A stretch of 64,000 nt of DNA from Candidatus Bathyarchaeum tardum (GTDB taxonomy: Archaea > Thermoproteota > Bathyarchaeia > Bathyarchaeales > Bathyarchaeaceae). Shown in pieces: positions 1 to 9,786 of the stretch. Made by a program: the position numbers and the translations under genes. Position 1 is the first letter of the stretch, and each line of letters begins with the position of its first letter. The stretch lies in NCBI GenBank assembly GCA_024650005.2, contig CP122380.1:416001-480000 (forward strand), in the 5' to 3' direction. The notes below the pieces were generated by a model. That model was not told the DNA's origin and made no database searches. It saw only the letters and a program-made list of their open reading frames with translations.

Positions 1-1073
1 GATATCCCCATTTTATGCTAAAAGAAATCCATGAACAGCCCCTCCGGTTGCGGGACACTCTTCGCTTACAGGACCAGTATTTGGAATTAATGACCACTTT
101 TCTTGACCGCGCAGGAGAAGTCTTTTTGGTTGCCTGTGGAACATCATATCATGCTTGTTTGGCTGCCTCTTACTTATTCTCTAAACTGTCCTTTTTGGCG
201 ACTCACCCTGTAATTGCCTCTGAGTTTGTTGAACAACACGGAAAATCAGTTAACATAGACAGCACTTTGCTGGTTGTTAGTCAATCTGGAGAAACTGCAG
301 ACACCTTGGAAGCTGTTGAAACCGCAAGATTGCGTGCAGCTACAGTTTTGGGTCTGACAAACATTGTTGGATCTACCCTTACCCGGGTTTCTAGGGTGTA
401 TATTGTTCAGCAATCTGGTCCAGAAATTGGGGTTGCAGCTACGAAAACCTTCACATCTCAGCTTTCTGTGCTTTCTCAATTGGCTATTCGTCTTGCCAAG
501 AAGCGGGGAAAAGTTTCTCACACAGAAATAGAGGATCTAGAAGAAAGCCTTGAACGGATACCTGATATTGTTGAAGAAATAATTGTAACGGAAGAACAAA
601 AAGTAAAACAGTTAGCCAAAAAATATGGAACCAAAAACTGCTTTTTCTTTTTGGGACGGGGCATGGGTTCCGCTGTTGCCCTTGAAGGTAAACTGAAATT
701 AATGGAGATTTCGTATATTCCTTCTTTGGCTTATCCTGCTGGAGAAAGTAAACACGGACCAATCAGTTTGGTTGAGTCTGGATTTCCAATAGTTTTCATT
801 TGTCCCCGAGATTCTACTCGTCGAAGCATAATTGGAAACATCATGGAAATGAAATCCCGTGGGGCTTTGATAATTGCAATCATCGAAAAAGGTGACGAAG
901 AAATCAAAAAACTGGCTGACGATTACATTGAAATCGATACTAGATTGCCTGAAGTCTTGTCACCCATTCCTTTTGTTATTCCGTTGCAGCTTTTTGCGTA
1001 TTATATGTCCCTTGAACGAGGAAACGATCCTGATAAACCCCGGAACTTAGCCAAGTCTGTAACCGTGAAATAA
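1..1073 (+). CDS. glmS: Glutamine-fructose-6-phosphate aminotransferase, C-terminal SIS domains (5' end outside window)
   Basis: YPHFMLKEIHEQP, ACGTSYHA, SQSGETADT, GPEIGVAATKTF and C-terminal DKPRNLAKSVT motifs. The frame is open to the window edge, so the ATG at 15 is internal. Confidence 0.95.
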   Translation, partial: YPHFMLKEIHEQPLRLRDTLRLQDQYLELMTTFLDRAGEVFLVACGTSYHACLAASYLFSKLSFLATHPVIASEFVEQHGKSVNIDSTLLVVSQSGETADTLEAVETARLRAATVLGLTNIVGSTLTRVSRVYIVQQSGPEIGVAATKTFTSQLSVLSQLAIRLAKKRGKVSHTEIEDLEESLERIPDIVEEIIVTEEQKVKQLAKKYGTKNCFFFLGRGMGSAVALEGKLKLMEISYIPSLAYPAGESKHGPISLVESGFPIVFICPRDSTRRSIIGNIMEMKSRGALIIAIIEKGDEEIKKLADDYIEIDTRLPEVLSPIPFVIPLQLFAYYMSLERGNDPDKPRNLAKSVTVK

Positions 1074-1146
1074 ACCAATCTTGTGGTAAAGAAAAAAGTT
1101 CTAAAGTCACAGGTTCATTCTACTTTTTTGGTCTGAAATTTACGGA

Positions 1147-2031
1147 ATGGCATCACTGATGGATAATAATTGCAGGCAACTTTGTCCCGCGCGGATAGTT
1201 TCTCTTTCTCCCAGCAACACCGAGATACTGTTTGCTGTTGGAGCTGGAAACAAAGTTGTTGGAGTGACAGACTACTGTGACCATCCTGCCCAGTTAGAGG
1301 CACAAATCAGAGCAAAAAAAACTTTCAGAGTTGGGGGTTACTGGAACCCTTCTGTGGAAAAGATTTTAGCTTTGGATCCTGATTTAGTTTTAGTTTCCAC
1401 TGCAAAATGTTCCAATAAAACAAACGACTGCAAAACCGAATGCAGCCGTAGTTGTGAAATAACAATAAAAACTGCAAAAGAACTGGAAAGTTTGGGAATT
1501 AATGTTTTGATGTTATCTCCTCACAGTTTGGATGATGTTTTTGATGACATTTTGTTAGTTGGTAACGCTACTGGAAAAAGTTCCCGTGCTCGCAAGATTG
1601 CGAAAGATTTGAGGCAACGGACAAACACAGTTATTGAAGCATCAAAAACAATTGCGGTCAAACCAAAAGTGTACTTTGAAGTTTGGAAAGACCCTTACAT
1701 CAGTGTCAATTCACAAACTTGGATTGGTAACCTGATTAGTTTAGCTGGTGGCGAAAACGTTTTTGGAGATGCCCTTACTGAATGGCCCCTGATTGGTCCA
1801 GATGATGTTGTTAAAGTTAATCCTGATGTGATGTTGTTTCCTGTTATTCCTGATGTTGTACCTTTTTGGGAAAGTTTTGAAGCAGTCCAGAATCGGAAGG
1901 GATGGAAAAATGTGTCTGCAATTAAAAATGAACGCCTTTCTACCGTTTTAAGAGATTGTGTTTCTCGCCCCGGACCTAGACTTGTAGAGTCGTTGGAACA
2001 ACTTTCAAAATTTTTTCATGAAATCTCTTAA
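1147..2031 (+). CDS. BtuF-like cobalamin/heme-binding protein without signal peptide, with Cys-rich insertion
   Basis: RIVSLSPSNTEILFAVGAG..VVGVTDYC, PSVEKILALDPDLVL and SRPGPRLVE motifs. No hydrophobic N-terminus; in-frame TAA at 1102. Confidence 0.8.
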   Translation: MASLMDNNCRQLCPARIVSLSPSNTEILFAVGAGNKVVGVTDYCDHPAQLEAQIRAKKTFRVGGYWNPSVEKILALDPDLVLVSTAKCSNKTNDCKTECSRSCEITIKTAKELESLGINVLMLSPHSLDDVFDDILLVGNATGKSSRARKIAKDLRQRTNTVIEASKTIAVKPKVYFEVWKDPYISVNSQTWIGNLISLAGGENVFGDALTEWPLIGPDDVVKVNPDVMLFPVIPDVVPFWESFEAVQNRKGWKNVSAIKNERLSTVLRDCVSRPGPRLVESLEQLSKFFHEIS

Positions 2032-2079
2032 ATAACTCGTGTTTGTTGTTTTGGGTGTTCATTCGGAGCTTATTTAACC

Positions 2080-2712
2080 TTGAAAGCTGCAGCATTGTTT
2101 TCTGGAGGAAAGGACTCCCTTTATTCTCTTTATATTGCTGAAAAACAAGGAATCAAAGTTGACCATCTAATCACGTTGATTACTACTCTTCCTATTCCTT
2201 CGCCTCATGCAGAAAACATTGAAGCATTAAAAACCATAGCAAAATCCATGGGTAAACAGTTAACAATAGTTGATTTTAAGCAAAAAAACGCTTTCATTGA
2301 AACTCTAAAAAACTTGAACATCGATGCATTAATTGCTGGTGATATCGATGGTGACGATCATTTTCAAGGGCTGAAAGATGTTTGTAGCAAAACTGGTCTA
2401 GAGTTGCTTGAACTAATCTACGGCAGGGATACCACTGAACTTTTTAATGAAATTTTTGGTTTAGGCTTTAAAGCCCTGATTACAGGTGTAGACCTGAACT
2501 ACTTGGGCAAAGAATGGCTTGGATTTGTTATCAGTAAAGAATCAGGTGCCCATTTTCTGGAAAAAATTGGAACTGCAGACCCCTTAGGAGAATATGGTGA
2601 GTTTCATACTTTAGTTCTTGAATGTCCCCTTTATGGAAAATCTTTCAAGGTTACTTCGACAGAAAATATGCTTGAAAATAATATTGCCTTCATTAAGGTT
2701 TCAGTTGAATAG
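2080..2712 (+). CDS. DUF71/Dph6-like PP-loop ATP pyrophosphatase
   Basis: ALFSGGKDS PP-loop, AGDI and DPLGEYGEFHTLVL motifs; TTG start. Confidence 0.85.
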   Translation: MKAAALFSGGKDSLYSLYIAEKQGIKVDHLITLITTLPIPSPHAENIEALKTIAKSMGKQLTIVDFKQKNAFIETLKNLNIDALIAGDIDGDDHFQGLKDVCSKTGLELLELIYGRDTTELFNEIFGLGFKALITGVDLNYLGKEWLGFVISKESGAHFLEKIGTADPLGEYGEFHTLVLECPLYGKSFKVTSTENMLENNIAFIKVSVE

Positions 2713-2827
2713 CTATTTGTGTACGCTTTAGGTAATTTTTTTTATGTTTCATGTTATCTTTGTCCTTGTTTTTCGTAACTTTTATATACTTTAAGGTTGG
2801 ATTATCCATCCTAAAGGATGTGTAATA

Positions 2828-4012
2828 TTGGATAAAAATATCACATACATCATTGCGATTGTAGCTGTTATCTCATTAATCGTTTCAGCTTTCGGATACA
2901 TTACTTTTGAAGGTCAAATTAGTGACATAAAAACCTCCATAAGTGACCTTGAACTTGCTGTAACAAATAACGACATTTCATCTGTTGAAGACGATGTTAG
3001 CTCAATTCAAAGTCAACTTGCAGACATTCAACAAACAATCGACACTTATCAGAGTGCAATCACTGACTTGGAAACCCAAGTAGGCGAACAACAAGACAAA
3101 ATCGACGAATATCAGCAAACTATTGAAGATCAACAAGCACAACTTGATGAATACAAACAAGTAACTCTAGTTGACGGCTTAGGTAATGTAGTCACTTTAA
3201 CTGAACTCCCAGAACGAATTGTTTCTTTGTCACCTAGTAACACAGAAATCTTGTTTGCTGTGGGCGCGGGCGACAAAGTCGTGGGTGTAACCGATTTCTG
3301 TAACTATCCTTATGATTTCTCCTCTTGGGTTGAAGCAGGTAACATGACCAGTATTGGCAGTTATTATGGTCCTTCTATTGAACCAATTGTTGCATTGAAT
3401 CCTGACTTGGTTTTGGCAAGCACTGGGAGCCTAGATGCCGCAGATTCTTTGAAGAATCTTGGATACAATGTTCTAGTAATTGAAGGTTACACTATTGACG
3501 ATCTTCTTGGTGACATTCTACTAATAGGCAGAGCAGTTGACCAAAACACTGAAGCTGCTGCCCTAGTAAGTGACATGCGCGCAAGAATGGATTCAATTGC
3601 CACACAACTGTTAGCTGCAACTACGACTCCAACAGTTTACCATGAAGTCTGGAACGAACCTCTAATGAGCGTAGGTCCAAACACTTTCATTGATGAACTG
3701 ATCACTCTCGCTGGTGGAGAAAACATCTTCAGTGACGCAACTACTAGTTGGCCGACGGTAAGTTCTGAAGCAATTATTGTAAAGAATCCTGATGTAATGT
3801 TTTTCCCTGACATGTATATGGGGGTCGGAAACTTCTACGAAACCATCGAAGCTGTAGGTAGCCGTCCTGGCTGGGATTCAATCACTGCTGTGAAAAATGA
3901 TGCCTTATACGAAATCAATGCTGACATTATCTCCAGATCTGGTCCAAGACTAATTGACGCTTTAGAGCTTATAGCCAAGATGGTTCATCCCGAAATATTT
4001 GGCGAACTCTAA
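2828..4012 (+). CDS. btuF: Membrane-anchored corrinoid ABC transporter substrate-binding protein with coiled-coil stalk
   Basis: N-terminal TM helix, then ~80 aa heptad-like Q/D/E-rich segment, then PERIVSLSPSNTEIL...SRSGPRL domain; directly upstream of btuC/btuD. Confidence 0.85.
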   Translation: MDKNITYIIAIVAVISLIVSAFGYITFEGQISDIKTSISDLELAVTNNDISSVEDDVSSIQSQLADIQQTIDTYQSAITDLETQVGEQQDKIDEYQQTIEDQQAQLDEYKQVTLVDGLGNVVTLTELPERIVSLSPSNTEILFAVGAGDKVVGVTDFCNYPYDFSSWVEAGNMTSIGSYYGPSIEPIVALNPDLVLASTGSLDAADSLKNLGYNVLVIEGYTIDDLLGDILLIGRAVDQNTEAAALVSDMRARMDSIATQLLAATTTPTVYHEVWNEPLMSVGPNTFIDELITLAGGENIFSDATTSWPTVSSEAIIVKNPDVMFFPDMYMGVGNFYETIEAVGSRPGWDSITAVKNDALYEINADIISRSGPRLIDALELIAKMVHPEIFGEL

Positions 4013-4067
4013 AATACCCCTTCTTCTCTTTCTTTTTTATCAAATAAAACATAACTTGTGATTCTTC

Positions 4068-5147
4068 ATGACCGCTGACGCTGAAACCAAGCGTTTACGC
4101 AATGTTTCTCGATGGAAACTATACCTTTTGATTCTGGTGGCTGTGTTTGCTGCTGTTTTCGTGTTATCCCTAAACTTAGGATATGCCCCCATTCCGTTCA
4201 GGGACATTTTGAACATACTAGGCAATCAAGTTCCCTTATTAAACACATTTATAGACGCATCAGGAGTCGACCCAACCTACGCAGTAATAATTAGCCAAAT
4301 TCGTCTTCCCCGAGTAATCTGCGGTGCCCTAGTTGGTGCCGCACTGGCAACTGCTGGAGTAACCTATCAAGGAATTTTCCGAAACCCCATGGCTGACCCG
4401 TACGTAATCGGAGCCTCAACAGGGGCTTCTGTGGGTTCTGCATTAGTATTCGTTTTTGGAATAAATATCGCAATTTTAGGTTTGAACACTCTTCCAGTTT
4501 TTGCTTTTGTTGGTTCTCTTGTAACAGTTCTTATTGTTTATACAATATCCAGAGTCGGTTCAAAGGTTCCAGTTACTACTTTACTTTTGACAGGTATTGC
4601 AATGAGTCTTTTCCAAAACGCCATAGTTACTTATCTGAAAACTGTTGCCGGCGACAGAATCCTTCACGGCCTAACCTTCTGGCTTATTGGTAGTCTTTCA
4701 TCTACTGAAAACTGGGATAAAGTGTATGCAATTCTGCCCTTTATAATCGTTGGATCTGTAATTTGTTACTTGTATTCCCGGGATTTAAACATCCTTGCCC
4801 TAGGAGAAGACCAAGCCCAACATTTGGGAGTTGAAATCGAAAAAGTAAAACGTATTTTACTTGTTGCAGGAGCATTGATGACTGCTGCTGCCGTTTCAAT
4901 TAGTGGTTTAATTGGATTTGTTGGATTGATAATACCTCATGTAACACGAGTGTTGATTGGTCCTGACCACCGTGTTCTTATTCCAACTTCTGCACTTGTA
5001 GGGGCTTCTTTTTTGATGATTTCAGATGCCATTTCCCGAGTAATAATGGGCTCGGGAGAAGCCCCTGTGGGGATAATAACTGCCTTTGCTGGGGCACCAT
5101 TCTTCATATACTTGCTTCGCAGAAAGAATAAAGGATACAAACTATAG
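4068..5147 (+). CDS. btuC: Corrinoid/iron-chelate ABC transporter permease (FecCD/BtuC family)
   Basis: IRLPR, QGIFRNPMADPYVIGAS, LGEDQAQHLGV and GLIGFVGLIIPH motifs. Confidence 0.92.
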   Translation: MTADAETKRLRNVSRWKLYLLILVAVFAAVFVLSLNLGYAPIPFRDILNILGNQVPLLNTFIDASGVDPTYAVIISQIRLPRVICGALVGAALATAGVTYQGIFRNPMADPYVIGASTGASVGSALVFVFGINIAILGLNTLPVFAFVGSLVTVLIVYTISRVGSKVPVTTLLLTGIAMSLFQNAIVTYLKTVAGDRILHGLTFWLIGSLSSTENWDKVYAILPFIIVGSVICYLYSRDLNILALGEDQAQHLGVEIEKVKRILLVAGALMTAAAVSISGLIGFVGLIIPHVTRVLIGPDHRVLIPTSALVGASFLMISDAISRVIMGSGEAPVGIITAFAGAPFFIYLLRRKNKGYKL

Positions 5148-5157
5148 GTGACAAAAC

Positions 5158-6435
5158 TTGGTGACACTGACAATAGACGGCATCGACTGCTCTTATGGAT
5201 CTGTTGAAATACTAAAAAACATTAACTTCAATGTTAAAAGCGGACAGTTTTTAGGAATTCTTGGTCCAAACGGCTCGGGAAAAACAACCCTACTAAAAAG
5301 CATCAGCAAAGTCCTCAAACCAAAAAATGGGGCAATCCTCATTGACGACCAAGACATCTACAAAATGAAAAGCCTCGACCTTGCAAAACAGATGGCAGTT
5401 GTTCCTCAGACTTCACCTGTTTCTTTTGATTTTACTTCCCTTGAAGTTGTTTTGATGGGACGGAACCCGCACATGACCCGATTCAAGATGGAAGGTAAAA
5501 GTGATTTGGACATAGCAAAAAACGCAATGAAACTTACTCGCACTTGGGAGTTTGCTGATCGTCCAATAACTGAACTCAGTGGTGGAGAACGTCAACGCGT
5601 CATTATTGCTCGTGCTCTTACTCAGGAGCCTCAGATTCTTTTGTTAGATGAACCAACGACTCATTTGGACATTAGTAATCAGCTGGAAATAATGGATTTA
5701 ATTAAACACTTAAGTGAAGAAAAAAACATGTTGGTTGTTGCGGTTTTTCATGATTTTAATTTGGCTGCCCGTTACTGTGACTCCATTATCTTGTTGAAAG
5801 CTGGAAAAATTGTAGCAGTTGGTAAAGCTGATGAAACTCTCACAGCTGAGAACGTAAAAGAAGTTTTCAGTGTGGACACATTAGTTAAAAAACATCCAAT
5901 TACTGGACAGCTTCATGTTATCCCCATTTCAAGACCAATAGTCCATAAACAAAAAAGCTCAATTGTTCATCTAATCTCTGGAAGCGGAACTGGAAGTCCA
6001 GTAATGAAAACATTGCTGGATGAAGGCTACCGTATAACTGCTGGAGTTTTGAATCTATTAGATACTGACCAAGAAACCGCCCAGTTATTGTCAATTCCAA
6101 CAACAAACGAAGCACCTTTTTCTCCGATAACCAAGGAAGCTCATGAAGCAAACCTAAAGATGATCACCAAAGCAAACGTTTTAGTGGTAACTCCAACCCA
6201 GTTTGGGGAAGGAAACCTGCGTAACCTTGATGCTGCTGATGTGGCTTTGAAAAAAGGGATACCTACTTTGCTTCTTGAAGATGGTCCTATCAGTGAACGG
6301 GACTTTACTAACGGTAAAGCAACAGAATACTTAGAAAAACTCAAAGCCAGTGGTGCCGTAACTGTGAAAAACGTCAAGGAACTGGTAAGATTTCTTGACA
6401 ACTTGGAAACAAAAAATATACCCTCAAAAGAATAA
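5158..6435 (+). CDS. btuD: Corrinoid ABC transporter ATPase with ~170-aa C-terminal extra domain
   Basis: Walker A GPNGSGKTT, LSGGERQR signature, LLLDEPT and H-loop FHD; C-terminal extension starting VHLISGSGTG. Confidence 0.9.
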   Translation: MVTLTIDGIDCSYGSVEILKNINFNVKSGQFLGILGPNGSGKTTLLKSISKVLKPKNGAILIDDQDIYKMKSLDLAKQMAVVPQTSPVSFDFTSLEVVLMGRNPHMTRFKMEGKSDLDIAKNAMKLTRTWEFADRPITELSGGERQRVIIARALTQEPQILLLDEPTTHLDISNQLEIMDLIKHLSEEKNMLVVAVFHDFNLAARYCDSIILLKAGKIVAVGKADETLTAENVKEVFSVDTLVKKHPITGQLHVIPISRPIVHKQKSSIVHLISGSGTGSPVMKTLLDEGYRITAGVLNLLDTDQETAQLLSIPTTNEAPFSPITKEAHEANLKMITKANVLVVTPTQFGEGNLRNLDAADVALKKGIPTLLLEDGPISERDFTNGKATEYLEKLKASGAVTVKNVKELVRFLDNLETKNIPSKE

Positions 6436-6504
6436 AATCCGTTAACGGTTTTCATGAAAATTGAATACTTTTTTATTTTCTCTTGAACCTTTTAGTTACA
6501 CACG

Positions 6505-7596
6505 ATGGTGACGATTTTGAAAGAAAAAGCACCTTTATTTATCCTTCCTTGGCGATGCACTTCTGCATGTACCAACAATTGTTTGCATTGTGGCTTCGCA
6601 AATACCCCTGAACCCCTTGATTCCTTAGGAACTGAAGAAACAAAATGCATCGTAGATAAAATACACGCATTTGGGGCAACATATTTTGGAATAAGTGGCG
6701 GAGAACCTCTTTTGCGAAAAGACCTTCCTGAAATAATTAGTTACGCCAAAGGCACTGGGATGAATGTGAGCATAATAACCAGCGGATATGGACTGGACAA
6801 CAAAATAATGGAAACCCTAGTCAAATATGGCGTTAGAGTTTCTATTAGTGTTGACGGTCCCGAAGAAATTAATGATGCCCTCCGTGGAAAGGGAGCATAC
6901 AAAACCGCCCTTGCAGCCATAGAAAAAATTTCCAAGGCAGGTCTTTTGGATTGTTTGGTTGCCACCTTGGCTAATGCTGATTCAACACATGACAACATCA
7001 GTTCTAATGCAATGGAACACGTCATCAAATTGGCTGAAAAATATGGCGCCCGTTGGGTAGTAATTCATGGTTTTATTCCTTTCAACAAAACAAAAAAACA
7101 TCTTGCACGTGCACCTTCTCCGGAGCAATATGAAAAAATCTGGAACGATGTTTATGACCTTCGCCTAAAATATAACGGAAAACCTGAAGTCAACGTTTAC
7201 TGTCCCTTTTTTGCCCGAATTGCAAAACAACGGGGATTGCCAGACTTTGACAACTGGCTGAACAAGTTTTTCTTGGGTAGATGCTCCATGGCTGGCAAAT
7301 ACATGAGTGTAATCGAAAACGGCGACGTTATTCCATGCAGTTTCAACGACCGCATTAGACTAGGAAACGTTCAAGATAAATCCTTATACCAAATCTGGGA
7401 TGAACTACAAACTTCAGAATTAACTGTGAAACTCAAAGACCGTAGCAACCTCAAAGGCAAATGTGGGGTTTGCGAATACCGCGAAATTTGTGGGGGATGC
7501 AGAACCCGAGCACAAATTTATACAGGGGACTATTTTGGTTCAGACCCTGCCTGTGCTTATGTTCCAAAAGTTTTGCAGGACAAGCAGCAAAAATGA
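6505..7596 (+). CDS. Radical SAM/SPASM protein (AhbC/AhbD/NirJ-like), paralog 1
   Basis: CTNNCLHC, SGGEPLLR and SPASM motif C..PC..KGKCGVCEYREICGGCRTRA..SDPAC. Confidence 0.9.
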   Translation: MVTILKEKAPLFILPWRCTSACTNNCLHCGFANTPEPLDSLGTEETKCIVDKIHAFGATYFGISGGEPLLRKDLPEIISYAKGTGMNVSIITSGYGLDNKIMETLVKYGVRVSISVDGPEEINDALRGKGAYKTALAAIEKISKAGLLDCLVATLANADSTHDNISSNAMEHVIKLAEKYGARWVVIHGFIPFNKTKKHLARAPSPEQYEKIWNDVYDLRLKYNGKPEVNVYCPFFARIAKQRGLPDFDNWLNKFFLGRCSMAGKYMSVIENGDVIPCSFNDRIRLGNVQDKSLYQIWDELQTSELTVKLKDRSNLKGKCGVCEYREICGGCRTRAQIYTGDYFGSDPACAYVPKVLQDKQQK

Positions 7597-7623
7597 GTTG
7601 GGATCTGACCTTTCCCTTTTTTT

Positions 7624-7692
7624 GTTTACTCAATATTTCTTGAGTAAACTGTTGTTAAACAGAGTCTTTTTTTGTCAAGAAATCTTAACAAA
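7624..7692. terminator. Inverted repeats downstream of SPASM paralog 1 (terminator or operator)
   Basis: Perfect 10-bp stem GTTTACTCAA/TTGAGTAAAC (7624-7649) and near-perfect TTTGTCAAGA-AA-TCTTAACAAA (7671-7692), flanked by T tracts. Confidence 0.45.
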
Positions 7693-7879
7693 AATCCTTT
7701 TATCCATTTCTAATAATAACAATAAAAGCTGGCGCCCCATAATGAATGTTAGATTGTTCCAATCAATCAGCGTTTATTCCGTTTCTTTTTGCATTCCATC
7801 ACCAAGAATGCACGTTGAAACAAATTCAAAATGGGGCACCCTTTTTTTGACAAACTTAAATATATGTGAGGTGCTCTGA

Positions 7880-8950
7880 TTGGATGCGAGTGCACTAAAG
7901 ATGGAAGAACGACCCCTTCTTTACATGATGACTTGGCGCTGTACGCGTGCGTGCAACTATAACTGTTTGTATTGTAGTTTTGGTTCACAACCTTATCCAG
8001 TAAACGAAATCAACACCGAAGGCGGAAAAAAAATTGTTGATGAACTTTATGGGCTGGGCGCAAAATGGTTTGGACTTAGTGGCGGAGAACCCCTAGTACG
8101 CAAAGACATTTTTGAAATTATTGAACACGCAAAAAGCCTTGGAATGAACGTCAGCTTGATTACAAACGGGTATTTCGCCAAAGGTGATATCCTTGATAAA
8201 CTAATCCGAAACGAGGTCATGACTGCAGTAAGCCTTGACGGCACCGAACAAACAAACGACATGACCCGAGGAAAAGGCAGTTATAAAATTGCCGTAGACG
8301 CTATGAAAAACCTCTCTGATGGTGGAGTTTTTGATTGCATTGTTTCTACTCTTAACCGGCGAAACTGCTCAGAAGTTGACCATATTGCCGATTTAGGCTA
8401 CAAATACAATGCAACCCGTGTAGTTTACCATAATTATATACCAGTAGGCAGAGCCGAAGAACACCTTGACTTGGCTCCAACTCCCGAACAATATGAAGAA
8501 ACATGGAACAGGGTCTACGATTTGATGCGACAATACAATAACAAAATGAGCATCAACGTATATTGTCCCTTTTTTGCCCGAATAGCCAAAGAGCGAGGAA
8601 TGCCTGATTTTGATTACTGGTTTGAAAATGTTTTCTTGGGTCAATGTTTCATTGGTGGCAGATACATGGGTCTACTAGAAAACGGTGACATTCGACCGTG
8701 CGGATTCAATGAAGGCTACCGCACTGGTAACATCAAAAACAAGTCCATGAAAGAAATCTGGACAGACATGCAATGTTCAGACTTTACTCTGAAACTCAAA
8801 GACCGTAGCAACCTCAAAGGCAAATGTGGGGTATGTGAATACCGTGACATCTGTGGCGGATGCAGAACCCGCGCGGAAGTTTATACTGGTGATTTATTCG
8901 AATCTGATCCAGCATGCGCTTACATTCCGAAAGTGTTGCGTGAAGAATAA
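7880..8950 (+). CDS. Radical SAM/SPASM protein, paralog 2
   Basis: CNYNCLYC, SGGEPL and SPASM Cys motif; SD GAGGTG before TTG; very close paralog of 28601..29662. Confidence 0.9.
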   Translation: MDASALKMEERPLLYMMTWRCTRACNYNCLYCSFGSQPYPVNEINTEGGKKIVDELYGLGAKWFGLSGGEPLVRKDIFEIIEHAKSLGMNVSLITNGYFAKGDILDKLIRNEVMTAVSLDGTEQTNDMTRGKGSYKIAVDAMKNLSDGGVFDCIVSTLNRRNCSEVDHIADLGYKYNATRVVYHNYIPVGRAEEHLDLAPTPEQYEETWNRVYDLMRQYNNKMSINVYCPFFARIAKERGMPDFDYWFENVFLGQCFIGGRYMGLLENGDIRPCGFNEGYRTGNIKNKSMKEIWTDMQCSDFTLKLKDRSNLKGKCGVCEYRDICGGCRTRAEVYTGDLFESDPACAYIPKVLREE

Positions 8951-8970
8951 CCATTTTTTTTGGGGGTTTC

Positions 8971-9753
8971 TTGATGGGCGTAAAATTAATTGACATTACG
9001 TTGGATAATGTTTGTGAGTATGGTGTTTGTGGTTACAAGAACATCAAGAATAAAGGGCTTCAACGAAAAGTTGAGTGGCTTAAAGCCCGTTTTTCTGAAG
9101 GACTTAAAATCAAATCTATGCTTACAGAAAGCGATGGAACCCAAGGTTTGATTGAATACATTCCCGGAGAATACTGCTGGAGACCTGTTCAAGCAAAAGG
9201 TTACATGTTTATTCACTGCATTTTTTCAGGTTTTAAAAAAATGTACAAAGGCCAAGGCTATGGTTCACTGTTGATTGATGAATGCATAAAAGACGCAAAA
9301 CAGCAAAGAATGACTGGAGTTGCGGTGGTCACCCGTAAAAGTGGGTGGATGGCAGATAACAGAATATTTTTCAAAAAAGGCTTTAAAGTTGTGGACTCTG
9401 CGGCTCCTGATTATAATTTACTTGCCAAAAAATTCAATGCAGATGCACCTGATCCAAAATTTAATGGAACCTGGGAACAAAATTTGAATCGATATTCTGA
9501 AGGATTAACAATTATCTGGTCGGGGCAGTGTCCTTATCCTTCAAAATATGTGGAAGAGTTGGCTGAAACGGCTGAAAAGGAATTCAATATTTTTCCCAAT
9601 GTTGTTGAGTTAAAAACTTGTAAGGATGCTCAAAACAGTCCTTGTCCTTTTGGCGTTTTTTGTGTGACATATAATGGAAAAGTTGTCGCAGGCACTCCAA
9701 TCAGCAAACGCAGGTTAAGTAACATCCTGAAAAAAGAACTAAAACAGAAATAA
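8971..9753 (+). CDS. GNAT-family acetyltransferase with YoaP-like C-terminal domain
   Basis: IEYIPGEYCWRPV, FIHCI, YKGQGYGSLL acetyl-CoA motif, QCPY and AQNSPCPF. Confidence 0.8.
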   Translation: MMGVKLIDITLDNVCEYGVCGYKNIKNKGLQRKVEWLKARFSEGLKIKSMLTESDGTQGLIEYIPGEYCWRPVQAKGYMFIHCIFSGFKKMYKGQGYGSLLIDECIKDAKQQRMTGVAVVTRKSGWMADNRIFFKKGFKVVDSAAPDYNLLAKKFNADAPDPKFNGTWEQNLNRYSEGLTIIWSGQCPYPSKYVEELAETAEKEFNIFPNVVELKTCKDAQNSPCPFGVFCVTYNGKVVAGTPISKRRLSNILKKELKQK

Positions 9754-9786
9754 ACATCTAGTTACTTTGGTTTTGATATAATCCGG

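Noticed and set aside
7463-7879. 138-aa ORF between SPASM genes as a RiPP precursor
   Set aside because: It overlaps the upstream gene out of frame, runs through terminator hairpins and the next promoter, and lacks an SD or precursor-like composition.
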